DNA from: Macrostomum lignano
Taxonomy: Eukaryota
Direction of reading: 5' to 3'
DNA length: 64,000 nt
NCBI GenBank assembly: GCA_002269645.1
Contig: NIVC01000003.1
Coordinates: 124,001 to 188,000 of the forward strand
The stretch's first letter is position 1; each line of letters begins with the position of its first letter. The notes below the pieces were generated by a model. That model did not search any database. It was not told the origin of the DNA and worked only from the letters and a program-made list of their open reading frames with translations. Positions 37,171 to 53,321 of this stretch are shown piece by piece. The position numbers and the translations under genes were made by a program.

Positions 37171-38103
37171 GAACGCAGCATGGAAGTTGAGCAATATCAT
37201 CGGTGATTGAGTAACGCATCAAGGAACCAAGAGCATAAAGTTTGCACTATTTTGGAAGCTCGTTGGAGCCCGGGCAGGGGGAAATAATTGCCCTAGCAAA
37301 ATCTGCAATTCTTTTGCAGATCTTGCAAGTTTACGAGCCAATTGGTACATTTATAACTTTCCTTAACTCAATCGATTGCATGCATTTTTGTTACTAATCG
37401 ACAAATATTTTTCCATTTCTTTTTATCCGCTTTTTCATGTGCCATTTGACACTGCTTTGGACAATTATTTCCTGATGGGAGGCTTCAGGACTGCCCAATC
37501 CGTGTTTCTGCCCAATCGAAGCGACCCCTCCCTCAGAAAAGCGATCCACTGGAAGCGTGACCGTCCATCCCACTTAGCAGGTCGGAGGGAAAACAAGAAA
37601 GCAACACAAGATCACCTTGATTGCAAGCAAATTAGCAGATGAAGGCCAGAGGAGGCTGACCTGAAATTCAAGCCTCAGCGGCGGGTAAATTGGCAGCTCC
37701 GCGGCTTCCGTGTTTGCGGATTCCACCTGAACTGTTTCTCCAGACCCACCGGTCATCTGTGTGTTTCTGTCCTCTCTGTGCAATAGAAAGGGAATTCCCC
37801 CCCCCCCCTCGGTTCTCCTTCTTTCCCGCCAGCCCCCCGCGGCCTGCAAGCAACTTTTTGAGTAGCCGGGGATCAAAGCGATGGGGAGACGAAGTGGAGA
37901 CGGCGCTGGCGGTTGCCAACCAGACTGCTGGGGTGCCGGGCAGCCCCCATCAATCAAAGCCGAAGGGGCGGGGCGGGAGGCTGGGACAGCTGGATTGATG
38001 TTGCAGATTAGTAACAACCTGACCCAGGCGCGCCGCTGCATTCCGCCTCCCCTTCAGGTGAAGCTCAAACAGAGGAATTGCGCCAAGCAAAGGGAAACGC
38101 AAG

Positions 38104-39358
38104 ATGAAGTCCGCAATCTGCTTGCCGAGTTTGCTGCTCCTGCTGCTGGCCGCCATCCTGGGGGCCTCCGACAGCGCGCGTGAGTCCGTCTGGTATTGTG
38201 TCTGTCACTGTGTCTGTTTGGTATTGTGTGCGTCACTGTGTCCGTCTGGTATTGTGTCCGTCACTGTGTCCGCCTGCTATTGTGTGCGTCACTGTGTCCG
38301 TCAGGTATTGTGTCCGTCACTGTGTCCGTCTGGTATTGTGTCCGTCACTGTGTCCGTCTGGTATTGTGTCCGTCATTGTGTCAATCACTGTGTCCGTCAG
38401 GTATTGTGTCTGTCACTGTGTCTGTTACCGTGTCTGTCACTGTGTCCTGTGTCTGTCACTGTGTCTGTCACTGTGTCTGTCACTGTGTCCAGCACTGTGT
38501 CCGTCTAGTATTGTGTCCGTCACTGTGTCCGTCTGGTATTGTGTCCGTCATTGTGTCAATCACTGTGTCCGTTACTGTGTCCATCTGGTATTGTGTCCGT
38601 CACTGTGTCAATCACTGTGTCCGTTACTGTGTCCGTCCCCGTGTCTGTCACTGTGCCTGTTTGTTACTGTGTCTGACACTGTGTCTGTCTGGTATTGTCA
38701 GATCGAATCGTGCAAGTCTGATAAAAATCAGTTAAGCCATTTTTTAATATTTCACACATACCTAGATAGATAGAGACAAACCTTATTTAGTATAGTAGAA
38801 TCTATTTTCAAAGAAAAAAGAATTGATTTACCAATGGAAGCCTAAAGCTACCTTTTTCGCCGTGTTTCAGCCGTCTCCAGCGACATCGCTCACGTCGACT
38901 CCCTTGCGGTGGGCGAGCGCGGAGCCCCCGATGCGTCCGATGCTCATCTGCTCGAGGCTGAGGAGAAACGGGCACGCGGTTTTCTAGGAAAGCGAGCACG
39001 TGGTTTTCTAGGAAAGCGAGCACGCGGTTTTCTAGGAAAGCGAGCTCGGGGATTTCTCGGAAAGCGAGCCCGTGGATTTCTCGGAAAGCGAGCCCGTGGA
39101 TTTCTTGGAAAGCGTGCCCGTGGTTTTCTTGGAAAGCGAGCACGAGGTTTTCTTGGAAAGCGAGCACGAGGCTTCCTAGGCAAGAGGGCGCGTGGTTTTC
39201 TTGGAAAACGTGCCAGAGGTTTTCTAGGAAAGCGAGCCCGCGGATTTCTAGGAAAGCGCAACGGCGATTACGACGACGAATATCTGATGGACGAAGACAG
39301 CCATTCCGATCATGACGAAGCTGCTTTCGAGGACTGGCGTGACGAAGGTGACGAATGA
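38104..39358 (+). CDS. Neuropeptide precursor (187 aa) encoding 12 x ARGFL-amide
   Basis: Exon 1 (38104-38179) encodes the signal peptide MKSAICLPSLLLLLLAAILGASDSA. Exon 2 (38871-39358; phase 1, ...TTTCAG acceptor) has an acidic spacer, 12 x (KR)ARGFLG(KR) and an acidic tail. Dibasic cleavage plus Gly amidation signal. Confidence 0.93.
38185..38700. repeat. Degenerate minisatellite (GTATTGTGTCCGTCACTGTGTCCGTCTG) in the neuropeptide intron
   Basis: Tandem copies start right after the donor site. Confidence 0.9.
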
Positions 39359-39841
39359 ATTGCCCTGAGCATGGACCATCAAGAACTGATCAGCGAGTTC
39401 CACGGGTGATGAAAACTAGAGAACCAGCCAGACTGAACTGATGAGCCCTGATGCCCGCTCAGAGAAGACAGTTTTGCCTCCCAACCCGATTTTAATATCC
39501 CTCTTCTTCTGAGCTTAAAATCCATCCCAAATGCTGTTCGCCAGTCACTGCGGATACCAAGCAAAATAAACGATGAGCAACTTTCTGTTGACGAGCCCCG
39601 ATGTTCCCAGCTGGCTCGGGCTGCAAAAATCAAAGTAAAGATTTTGTCAGATTTTTCCGTTTGCCACATATTTGCTGTATAGCCTAGTTCAAGTAGCGCA
39701 GTGGGAAAACGTCTCCTAAAAATAATTTGCCATTGCCAATATGTCAATGTTAATGTTTTAATTCCGTTTTAAGCACTTCTTTAGGACTAAATGCCAGTAA
39801 TTTCAGCGAAACGAAGGCAGACGTCTTGCAGCGCTACATTC

Positions 39842-40586
<745 letters not shown>

Positions 40587-41404
40587 TCTCGAAATTGATC
40601 AAATCGTTGACTTATAGTGGTGCATTCCGATATAAGTAGAAACATTCGTTGAGTACAATAGTCCGCATTGTTACCAGGCTGTTACTAAATCAGAATTTTC
40701 TGTCGTTATGTATAAATAAGCCTATTTGATCTTTCACCCTCCCCCCCTCTGCCACTTTACAGAAGACAAAACTTTTGCGTTTCATTTTCCAATCCGATGC
40801 CCCAGTCTTTCACACAGTGTGACACGGTGTGTTTTACTTGACAAATTCATTCGGAGACTTCCCACATTTGCACTGCTAAAACGATGATAAAACGGGAATA
40901 GAAATCCTGGCCTCAAACGCGCCCGACCTGCCCGACCGACCGAGGCTTTGAAGTTCAGCGGAGCGGCTCAAATCTGCTGACCGAAGCCGCCCACCTTCGC
41001 CGTGTCCGAATTCCACAAGCCTTGCGGATTTGAGGCCAATCGAGCGAACCGAGTGGCGTCCCGGAGCCGCTCTCCGGATCGGCCCAGTTGCCACACAGTG
41101 AATGACCGCTGAGTCACCTGAGTCACGGAGACCCTGGGCTGCCATCTGGAGCGCCAACAGTGCAGAGATACGGAGAATTCACCTTAAAAACGCGAACAAA
41201 AAACTTGATGCAGCCGAACGGATTCTGTAAAATATGGCGCAGAAACCGGCCACCTGTCCGTTCGAACCGGACATCTGCAGCGGGGTTCGGCTAACTCCGG
41301 CCAGCGAAGCATCTCAGTCCGGTCATCGGGTCAATTGAAGCTTCACAATAGCAATCTTTCCCGATCGAGTCTTGTGTCTCTTCTCAACTCTCTTCTCTCC
41401 TGTC

Positions 41405-42025
41405 TTCTCTATTCCTCTCATCTCAGCGCTCCTCTCATCTCCTCTTTCGCCTCTCCTCTCTTCTCTCTCCTTTCCTCTCATCTCAGCTCTCCTCTCATCT
41501 CCTCTTTCGCCTCTCCTCTCTTCTCTCTCCTTTCCTCTCATCTCAGCTCTCCTCTCATCTCCTCTTTCGCCTCTCCTCTCTTCTCTCTCCTTTCCTCTCA
41601 TCTCAGCTCTCCTCTCATCTCCTCTTTCGCCTCTCCTCTCTTCTCTCTCCTTTCCTCTCATCTCAGCTCTCCTCTCATCTCCTCTTTCGCCTCTCCTCTC
41701 TTCTCTCTCCTTTCCTCTCATCTCAGCTCTCCTCTCATCTCCTCTTTCGCCTCTCCCCTCTTCTCTCTCCTTTCCTCTCATCTCAGCTCTCCTCTCATCT
41801 CCTCTTTCGCCTCTCCCCTCTTCTCTCTCCTTTCCTCTCATCTCAGCTCTCCTCTCATCTCCTCTTTCGCCTCTCCTCTCTTCTCTCTCCTTTCCTCTCA
41901 TCTCAGCTCTCCTCTCATCTCCTCTTTCGCCTCTCCTCTCTTCTCTCTCCTTTCCTCTCATCTCAGCTCTCCTCTCATCTCATCTCCTCTTTCGCCTCTC
42001 CCCTCTTCTCTCCTTTCCTCTCTCA
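41405..42025. repeat. 60-bp CT-rich minisatellite
   Basis: About 10 near-identical 60-bp lines. Confidence 0.97.
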
Positions 42026-42572
42026 TCTGGCCTGCAGCCATGAGCTGGATTTCTATCTGGCCCTTGAGGCATAAAAATTGGATGCTACAGTTCGCGTCAT
42101 CGTGAGTTGGCAGTCCAGTTTCTGCTTCAGGGTCTCCTTGGCTGAGCGAACCGCTCCAGCTGGCTGGGCAGCCCCAGCCAACCAGCGCTGCGCCTTGCGG
42201 CTTGAGCGCCACACCAGAAGACAAGATAACTAAAACAGGGGAAAGCAGCGGACACACGCGGAGGGGCTCCCCAATACCCCGGCCTTGGCAACCAACTGAC
42301 TTATCGATTTTTCATTTCCCTGTCAACCGGAGAGTGAGCACAGGGGCATGCGGCACCGTTCTGCAGACGGCAGCCAAGCGCCAGGTACACTCAGGACCAT
42401 CGGAGGTTCAGGTTGTTAAACTCCGAGCTGAGCTGGGACACCTGCGGTGAGCTGCTCTATAAGCAATAACTTGAATAATTTTCCTGTAGCATATCCAGAT
42501 GCATCTATGAGCTATTCGATTTATTTTCCAGGAAATGCTACAGAAAACTGGCATTTACTCCACCGAATTTGA

Positions 42573-42887
42573 ATGATTGCAGGCATGATTGCAGGCATGA
42601 TTGCAGGCATGATTGCAGGCATGATTGCAGGCATGATTGCAGGCATGATTGCAGGCATGATTGCAGGCATGATTGCAGGCATGATTGCAGGCATGATTGC
42701 AGGCATGATTGCAGGCATGATTGCAGGCATGATTGCAGGCATGATTGCAGGCATGATTGCAGGCATGATTGCAGGCATGATTGCAGGCATGATTGCAGGC
42801 ATGATTGCAGGCATGATTGCAGGCATGATTGCAGGCATGATTGCAGGCATGATTGCAGGCATGATTGCAGGCATGATTGCAGGCATG
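42573..42887. repeat. 12-bp minisatellite (ATGATTGCAGGC)
   Basis: About 26 perfect copies. Confidence 0.97.
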
Positions 42888-44019
42888 CTAAGTGGACAGA
42901 AATAGATGGGGCGCGAGACCTGCCCTCAACAATGGATGGTGTCCCATCTTTCACCCCCCTTCACTCATCCTCGTTAGCCGGCGTCCATCCTCCGGCAGTC
43001 CTTCATCAGCCAGACCCCACGGTCGCCATTCAGCTACTCCCCCGGTCAGGCCGGTCATTGTTCTCGCGACGCGGGGACAAAGTACCCCGCCAGAGGCCTC
43101 AAATCAATCATCTCTTGGGACAAAATCCCCTGCATGGTTGGGTAGTGGCCGCGCGCGAGGCCTCTGTGCGACAACCAGGGCCAGAGATGGGGAGGGGCGG
43201 AAGGCGCCGCTCTCGCCTTTGAGTCTCCGCCCCACCCGACCTGTCTGAGCCCTCCCGTCCGGTCTTAATCTCACCTTTGTTCCTCCGTATCCCCTTCTGT
43301 GCACTATTCCCTGACAGCGAGCTGCGGGGGATCGGAGAGGCTGGGAATCCCAATCTTACACTGACAAGGCCTGCAATTTTGCTTTGAGTTTTTAGCACGC
43401 CTCTCGCCGAATACGTGGGCACGGCGAACAGAGGGCGAACAGAAGGCGAACAGAAGGCGAACAGACGGGCACTTGGCTTCGAGCTGTCAGTCAGGCAGTC
43501 ATCTTATTGTCACTAAGTTCCCAGTCCCCAGTGCCTAAGTGCCGCCAATGCAGTCATATGCATGCTGACTGGAAGGGGCCGGGCCCGCCTCATTAGCGCT
43601 CACCGGCCGGGTGTCGGCTTTCCTCCCTTGCGCCGACCCCGGCCTCCCTCAGTTGCCGCCTACTTATTAGCCGCTCGCTAAAACACACGAGGCGGCCTTG
43701 CACAAAATCTCCGGCTCAGTTTCCCGCGACCCGCATCAGCTACAGTCTCTCCCCCTCTCTCTCTACGCCTTTGATTCCCTCCTAATGCTGGCTTCATCAA
43801 TTCACCCAGCTTCTTCCAGCTGCTCCGCTATTTGAGCTTTCAATCTCTCACCTGCAATCAGCCCCGCTTTCAGCGATGCCTTCTTGAATGCGCGGCAGCT
43901 CGCAGCTTCGCGTGCCCTTTTCTGTCTGCTTTTGTCTGTGCCTGCTCACCCGGCTGGGAGTCTCCGGGATGCTGCAGGCTGGCTGCATCATTTCAATTTC
44001 CATTTTTTAATACTTCTGC

Positions 44020-44585
44020 CTCTCCCTCACTCTCTGCTACTCTCCCTCACTCTCTGCTACTCTCCCTCACTCTCTGCTACTCTCCCTCACTCTCTGCTAC
44101 TCTCCCTCACTCTCTGCTACTCTCCCTCACTCTCTGCTACTCTCCCTCACTCTCTGCTACTCTCCCTCACTCTCTGCTACTCTCCCTCACTCTCTGCTAC
44201 TCTCCCTCACTCTCTGCTACTCTCCCTCACTCTCTGCTACTCTCCCTCACTCTCTGCTACTCTCCCTCACTCTCTGCTACTCTCCCTCACTCTCTGCTAC
44301 TCTCCCTCACTCTCTGCTACTCTCCCTCACTCTCTGCTACTCTCCCTCACTCTCTGCTACTCTCCCTCACTCTCTGCTACTCTCCCTCACTCTCTGCTAC
44401 TCTCCCTCACTCTCTGCTACTCTCCCTCACTCTCTGCTACTCTCCCTCACTCTCTGCTACTCTCCCTCACTCTCTGCTACTCTCCCTCACTCTCTGCTAC
44501 TCTCCCTCACTCTCTGCTACTCTCCCTCACTCTCTGCTACTCTCCCTCATTCTCTGCCACTCTCCCTCACTCTCTGCTACTCTCC
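44020..44585. repeat. 20-bp minisatellite (TCTCCCTCACTCTCTGCTAC)
   Basis: About 28 copies. Confidence 0.97.
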
Positions 44586-45240
44586 TTCTCTTTTTGCAAT
44601 TCTCCATTATGAAGTTTTCTTTAAAAAATCGAAAAAAAGTTGCAATTTTTTCCTTTTCTAAAATTGTATTTTAAAACTACATAAATTCAAAATCCGCATC
44701 TTGATGATGCCACAGCACGTGCAAAATCTAATATGGATAGGACTGCATCCGCGGGCCCGCCGTCTGACATTTCATCGACTACGTTTGAGGGCTGCCCCAT
44801 CGCCCCTCGTGCCCCCGCCTCCCCTTCCCATCCCATCTCAGACAGTCCAGGAGCAAAAATGAACAAGAAAAAATGAGCGCTGAAATTGCTCAAGAAAAAC
44901 GAGAGGGAAAGTCTGAGGCCAGTCTCAGCCCACCCGGCCGCGTGCGCCGCCTCTTCCGCGCCGCACCTGCCGTTTCCAAGAATTCATGAAACACGAAAAT
45001 TGCTGCCAGAAAGCCAGAGGTTTAAATATTCATGCTTGACAGGCAGGCGCTGCGAGAGGGGGCTGCAAATGAGTGGCCAGGCAAGTGTGACGGCTGGGAT
45101 GAGAGGAACAATGCAGAGACAACGGGCCATGCGAGACAGGCATGGGGAACGGGAATGAGATGCAGAGAGAGGAGCGAATGGAGAAGGTAAAAGTATATAG
45201 TAATCTAATGCAGAAGACGCCCTGGGTTAACAAAATTAAA

Positions 45241-47028
<1,788 letters not shown>

Positions 47029-47653
47029 CGCTCTGAAAGCGAATCCCAGACTTGTAGGCGCACTAATTAATCCAGAAGAAATTCTCATCAGATTTGCGCC
47101 GAGCCAGTCAGCCGAGCATCCACCCGCTTTTGTCATTCCGGGCCAGAGACGCCTGCAACTTATCGATCTGGTTATGACTGATCCTCCTCGCATCCCTGAG
47201 AAGATGGAGACGGCTCGGGAAGAAATCCCCCAGTTTTTAACTCACTTGAAATTCCGTCGCATCTGGTAGAGGACCCGATTCGGACATATTTCTGCCCAGC
47301 TCCGGTTCGTCTCCCGCGCTGGAATTTGTCCCTTGGAGGCGCCCCGGCCCTAATAAAATTGATTGATCCGCTGCCCGATTGATTTTGCTGTCTCTGGGCC
47401 GCTCATTTGCATGTTGAGTGTCCGGTGGGGTCGGCGCCCATGGGACGGCTGTTTCTTTTTGAAACCGCCCCCCCCCCTCAAAGAGTTCTGAGAGGCCGCT
47501 GCTTCGCTGCGAACTTTCATGGACTCGCGCCATTATGATAATTAGCATAATGGCCTCTGGGATGCCGTGCTCTGCTGGCTCGCAACCGAATTATTACTTC
47601 CTGCATCAGCAGCTTTAAAAGGGCATTTTGGGATGCAGCTGTGGGGGGAGGAG

Positions 47654-48641
<988 letters not shown>

Positions 48642-49340
48642 GAGCTCGAATTCCGGTCATATAAAGCCAGCTGTGCTTGCAAGCTACAGTGCGTGATTCA
48701 GGTGTGACTGAGTAACTCAGGATCGGCTGAGCTCTTGACGCCCGTCTCGGGAGGGGGCGGTTGCTGGGAATTCAGCAGGCATTTCCTGAATTGCGCGTGG
48801 CGGGTAGGGCGGCACAGCAATGCAGGCAGCCAGAGCCGCAGGATGGGTATGGCTAGTCTAACGCGGAGATGCAGCGCAGATGCTGGACGGGTGACGGGAA
48901 GCCGTGGGAGGCGGAGCAGCCCCATGCGAGCATTGTTTTAATTCTACAGCTGGGGAATCAATACAGTGCAGTGCGGCGGCGCCACCCTCCCGCTCCGCCT
49001 CAGCGGCTGCAGCGAGCTTCGAAAAACTGCTGCGGCTTCCCCGGGCCCGGCGCTTCTTTGCTCCCCATTTGAGGGCGGCTCAGCAGCCGCTGAGACAAAG
49101 CCTAAAGCGTTTTCCGTGTTGCGGAACCGCCGCGGGATGATGCAGCTGCTGCTGATGCTGCCGCCGGAGGGCCGCTTGAAGAAAATCGAGGAGGCTGTCT
49201 TGTTTGCGCCGCGTATTTGTGAGACCCAAAGTTTTTCTTGACCGCCTGGTTCCTGAATCAGTAGATGCGATTGAGGATAATTTTGTTTGCAACTGCCAAA
49301 ATGTTTGCGATAGTTGCTACTCTCAGTACTGTAGTTGTTT

Positions 49341-49699
<359 letters not shown>

Positions 49700-49769
49700 T
49701 TCATAAGGCAGTTTGAAACTGCAAACCACGCACTCGGAAGATATTGAAGGTTACCAGTTGTCGAATGTT

Positions 49770-49825
49770 CGAAAAAAACCGATATTTCGGCCCAGACTGG
49801 GCCTTCGTCAGGGTTTATTTATTCG
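49770..49825 (-). ncRNA. Minimal type I hammerhead ribozyme (copy 1)
   Basis: Minus strand: CGAA-UAAAU-AAACC CUGACGA A GGCCCA-GUC-UGGGCC GAA AUAU C/ GGUUU-UU-UUCG. Conserved core, helix II hairpin, palindromic AUAU helix III and helix I with an internal loop. Predicted cleavage at 49781/49780. Confidence 0.88.
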
Positions 49826-51644
49826 GGTTTAAAAACAAATATATTGGCAGTGAAGTTATTGTAACATAATTTCAATATATATATATGCTACTTTTGGGGT
49901 GCACTGAGCAGTGTTGAGTAAAGATGTGTACGTATAATTAGTTAAAAACGTGAGTTGAAGCACGCTGATTGGTTAAAGATTGGCAGCTTAAAGCCTTGCA
50001 CAAAAAATATTAAAGATGTTAGGTGCTATAGAAAAACAGATTTAGAGCGTAGAAGTGTATGAATAAGCATCTTGAAAAGTTCAACAAATAAGTTATTTAC
50101 GCCCGTAGAATTGAGAACAAATATTAAATTAAAACAGAGCACTGAGAACTTTTCAAAAAGAAGTGCAAGTAAATAGATGTTATTACATAAACAGTAAATA
50201 AATTGAGTCGCCAGGCAGGCCACTAGTTGCAGTTGGCGGCGTCTGGTCACAGATCGCCGCCTGCACAGCCCCTGGTCACAGGCGACTGGGCACTGCAGAT
50301 CAGTTGAGGCTAGATTATCAGTAGTAGTAGCACTAGTAGTTGCAGTAGTAGCTCGTAGTAGTAGTAATGGAAGTAGTAGTAGTACAAGTATTAGTAGAGT
50401 AGTAGTAGAGCAGTCGTAGGCGTAGTCGTAGTAGAGGCGTACTGGTAAGCAGTTATTTGAAGTAGCCAGGCAGGCCACTAGTCGCAGTTGGCGGCGTCTG
50501 GTCACAGATCGCCGCCTGCACAGCCCCTGGTCACAGGCGACTGGGCACTGCAGATCAGTTGAGGCTAGATTATCAGTAGTAGTAGCACTAGTAGTTGCAG
50601 TAGTAGCTCGTAGTAGTAGTAATGGAAGTAGTAGTAGTACAAGTATTAGTAGAGTAGTAGTAGAGCAGTCGTAGGCGTAGTCGTAGTAGAGGCGTACTGG
50701 TAAGCAGTTATTTGAAGTAGCCAGGCAGGCCACTAGTCGCAGTTGGCGGCGTCTGGTCACAGATCGCCGCCTGCACAGCCCCTGGTCACAGGCGACTGGG
50801 CACTGCAGATCAGTTGAGGCTAGATTATCAGTAGTAGTAGCACTAGTAGTTGCAGTAGTAGCTCGTAGTAGTAGTAATGGAAGTAGTAGTAGTACAAGTA
50901 TTAGTAGAGTAGTAGTAGAGCAGTCGTAGGCGTAGTCGTAGTAGAGACGTACTGGTAAGCAGTTATTTGAAGTAGCCAGGCAGGCCACTAGTCGCAGTTG
51001 GCGGCGTCTGGTCACAGATCGCCGCCTGCACAGCCCCTGGTCACAGGCGACTGGGCACTGCAGATCAGTTGAGGCTAGATTATCAGTAGTAGTAGCACTA
51101 GTAGTTGCAGTAGTAGCTCGTAGTAGTAGTAATGGAAGTAGTAGTAGTACAAGTATTAGTAGAGTAGTAGTAGAGCAGTCGTAGGCGTAGTCGTAGTAGA
51201 GACGTACTGGTAAGCAGTTATTTGAAGTAGCCAGGCAGGCCACTAGTCGCAGTTGGCGGCGTCTGGTCACAGATCGCCGCCTGCACAGCCCCTGGTCACA
51301 GGCGACTGGGCACTGCGGATCAGTTGAAGCTAGATTTTCAGTAGTAGTAGCACTAGTAGTTGCAGTAGTAGTAGTAGTGGTAGTAGAGTAGTAGTAGTAC
51401 AGTCGTAGTCGTAGCCGTAGTCGTAGTAGTGTCGTGCGTCTTAAATATTCAGCTGCAGAAATAGTACTCTTGCTTATCCCAAGTAGATTTTTGGCGGAGA
51501 ATAGCTCGTATACGAAGATATTTTGTTGACAAACATGGCGAGCCTCAATAATAGTCCGGTCCTGGGTACAGATATTCATAAGGCAGTTTGAAACTGCAAA
51601 CCACGCACTCGGAAGATATTGAAGGTTACCAGTTGTCGAATGTT

Positions 51645-51700
51645 CGAAAAAAACCGATATTTCGGCCCAGACTGGGCCTTCGTCAGGGTTTATTTATTCG
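51645..51700 (-). ncRNA. Minimal type I hammerhead ribozyme (copy 2)
   Basis: Identical to copy 1; predicted cleavage at 51656/51655. Confidence 0.88.
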
Positions 51701-53265
51701 GGTTTAAAAACAAATATATTGGCAGTGAAGTTATTGTAACATAATTTCAATATATATATATGCTACTTTTGGGGGTGCACTGAGCAGTGTTGAGTAAAGA
51801 TGTGTACGTATAATTAGTTAAAAACGTGAGTTGAAGCACGCTGATTGGTTAAAGATTGGCAGCTTAAAGCCTTGCACAAAAAATATTAAAGATGTTAGGT
51901 GCTATAGAAAAACAGATTTAGAGCGTAGAAGTGTATGAATAAGCATCTTGAAAAGTTCAACAAATAAGTTATTTACGCCCGTAGAATTGAGAACAAATAT
52001 TAAATTAAAACAGAGCACTGAGAACTTTTCAAAAAGAAGTGCAAGTAAATAGATGTTATTACATAAACAGTAAATAAATTGAGTCGCCAGGCAGGCCACT
52101 AGTTGCAGTTGGCGGCGTCTGGTCACAGATCGCCGCCTGCACAGCCCCTGGTCACAGGCGACTGGGCACTGCAGATCAGTTGAGGCTAGATTATCAGTAG
52201 TAGTAGCACTAGTAGTTGCAGTAGTAGCTCGTAGTAGTAGTAATGGAAGTAGTAGTAGTACAAGTATTAGTAGAGTAGTAGTAGAGCAGTCGTAGGCGTA
52301 GTCGTAGTAGAGGCGTACTGGTAAGCAGTTATTTGAAGTAGCCAGGCAGGCCACTAGTCGCAGTTGGCGGCGTCTGGTCACAGATCGCCGCCTGCACAGC
52401 CCCTGGTCACAGGCGACTGGGCACTGCAGATCAGTTGAGGCTAGATTATCAGTAGTAGTAGCACTAGTAGTTGCAGTAGTAGCTCGTAGTAGTAGTAATG
52501 GAAGTAGTAGTAGTACAAGTATTAGTAGAGTAGTAGTAGAGCAGTCGTAGGCGTAGTCGTAGTAGAGACGTACTGGTAAGCAGTTATTTGAAGTAGCCAG
52601 GCAGGCCACTAGTCGCAGTTGGCGGCGTCTGGTCACAGATCGCCGCCTGCACAGCCCCTGGTCACAGGCGACTGGGCACTGCAGATCAGTTGAGGCTAGA
52701 TTATCAGTAGTAGTAGCACTAGTAGTTGCAGTAGTAGCTCGTAGTAGTAGTAATGGAAGTAGTAGTAGTACAAGTATTAGTAGAGTAGTAGTAGAGCAGT
52801 CGTAGGCGTAGTCGTAGTAGAGACGTACTGGTAAGCAGTTATTTGAAGTAGCCAGGCAGGCCACTAGTCGCAGTTGGCGGCGTCTGGTCACAGATCGCCG
52901 CCTGCACAGCCCCTGGTCACAGGCGACTGGGCACTGCGGATCAGTTGAAGCTAGATTTTCAGTAGTAGTAGCACTAGTAGTTGCAGTAGTAGTAGTAGTG
53001 GTAGTAGAGTAGTAGTAGTACAGTCGTAGTCGTAGCCGTAGTCGTAGTAGTGTCGTGCGTCTTAAATATTCAGCTGCAGAAATAGTACTCTTGCTTATCC
53101 CAAGTAGATTTTTGGCGGAGAATAGCTCGTATACGAAGATATTTTGTTGACAAACATGGCGAGCCTCAATAATAGTCCGGTCCTGGGTACAGATATTCAT
53201 AAGGCAGTTTGAAACTGCAAACCACGCACTCGGAAGATATTGAAGGTTACCAGTTGTCGAATGTT

Positions 53266-53321
53266 CGAAAAAAACCGATATTTCGGCCCAGACTGGGCCT
53301 TCGTCAGGGTTTATTTATTCG
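53266..53321 (-). ncRNA. Minimal type I hammerhead ribozyme (copy 3)
   Basis: Identical to copy 1; predicted cleavage at 53277/53276. Confidence 0.88.

Noticed and set aside
34717-37998. Numerous overlapping 60-230-aa ORFs
   Set aside because: Expected by chance in GC-rich non-coding DNA; no domain similarity or consistent exon structure.
39437-39475. CTGATGAG as a hammerhead core in the neuropeptide 3' UTR
   Set aside because: There is no helix II followed by GAAA and no cleavage triplet or helix I.
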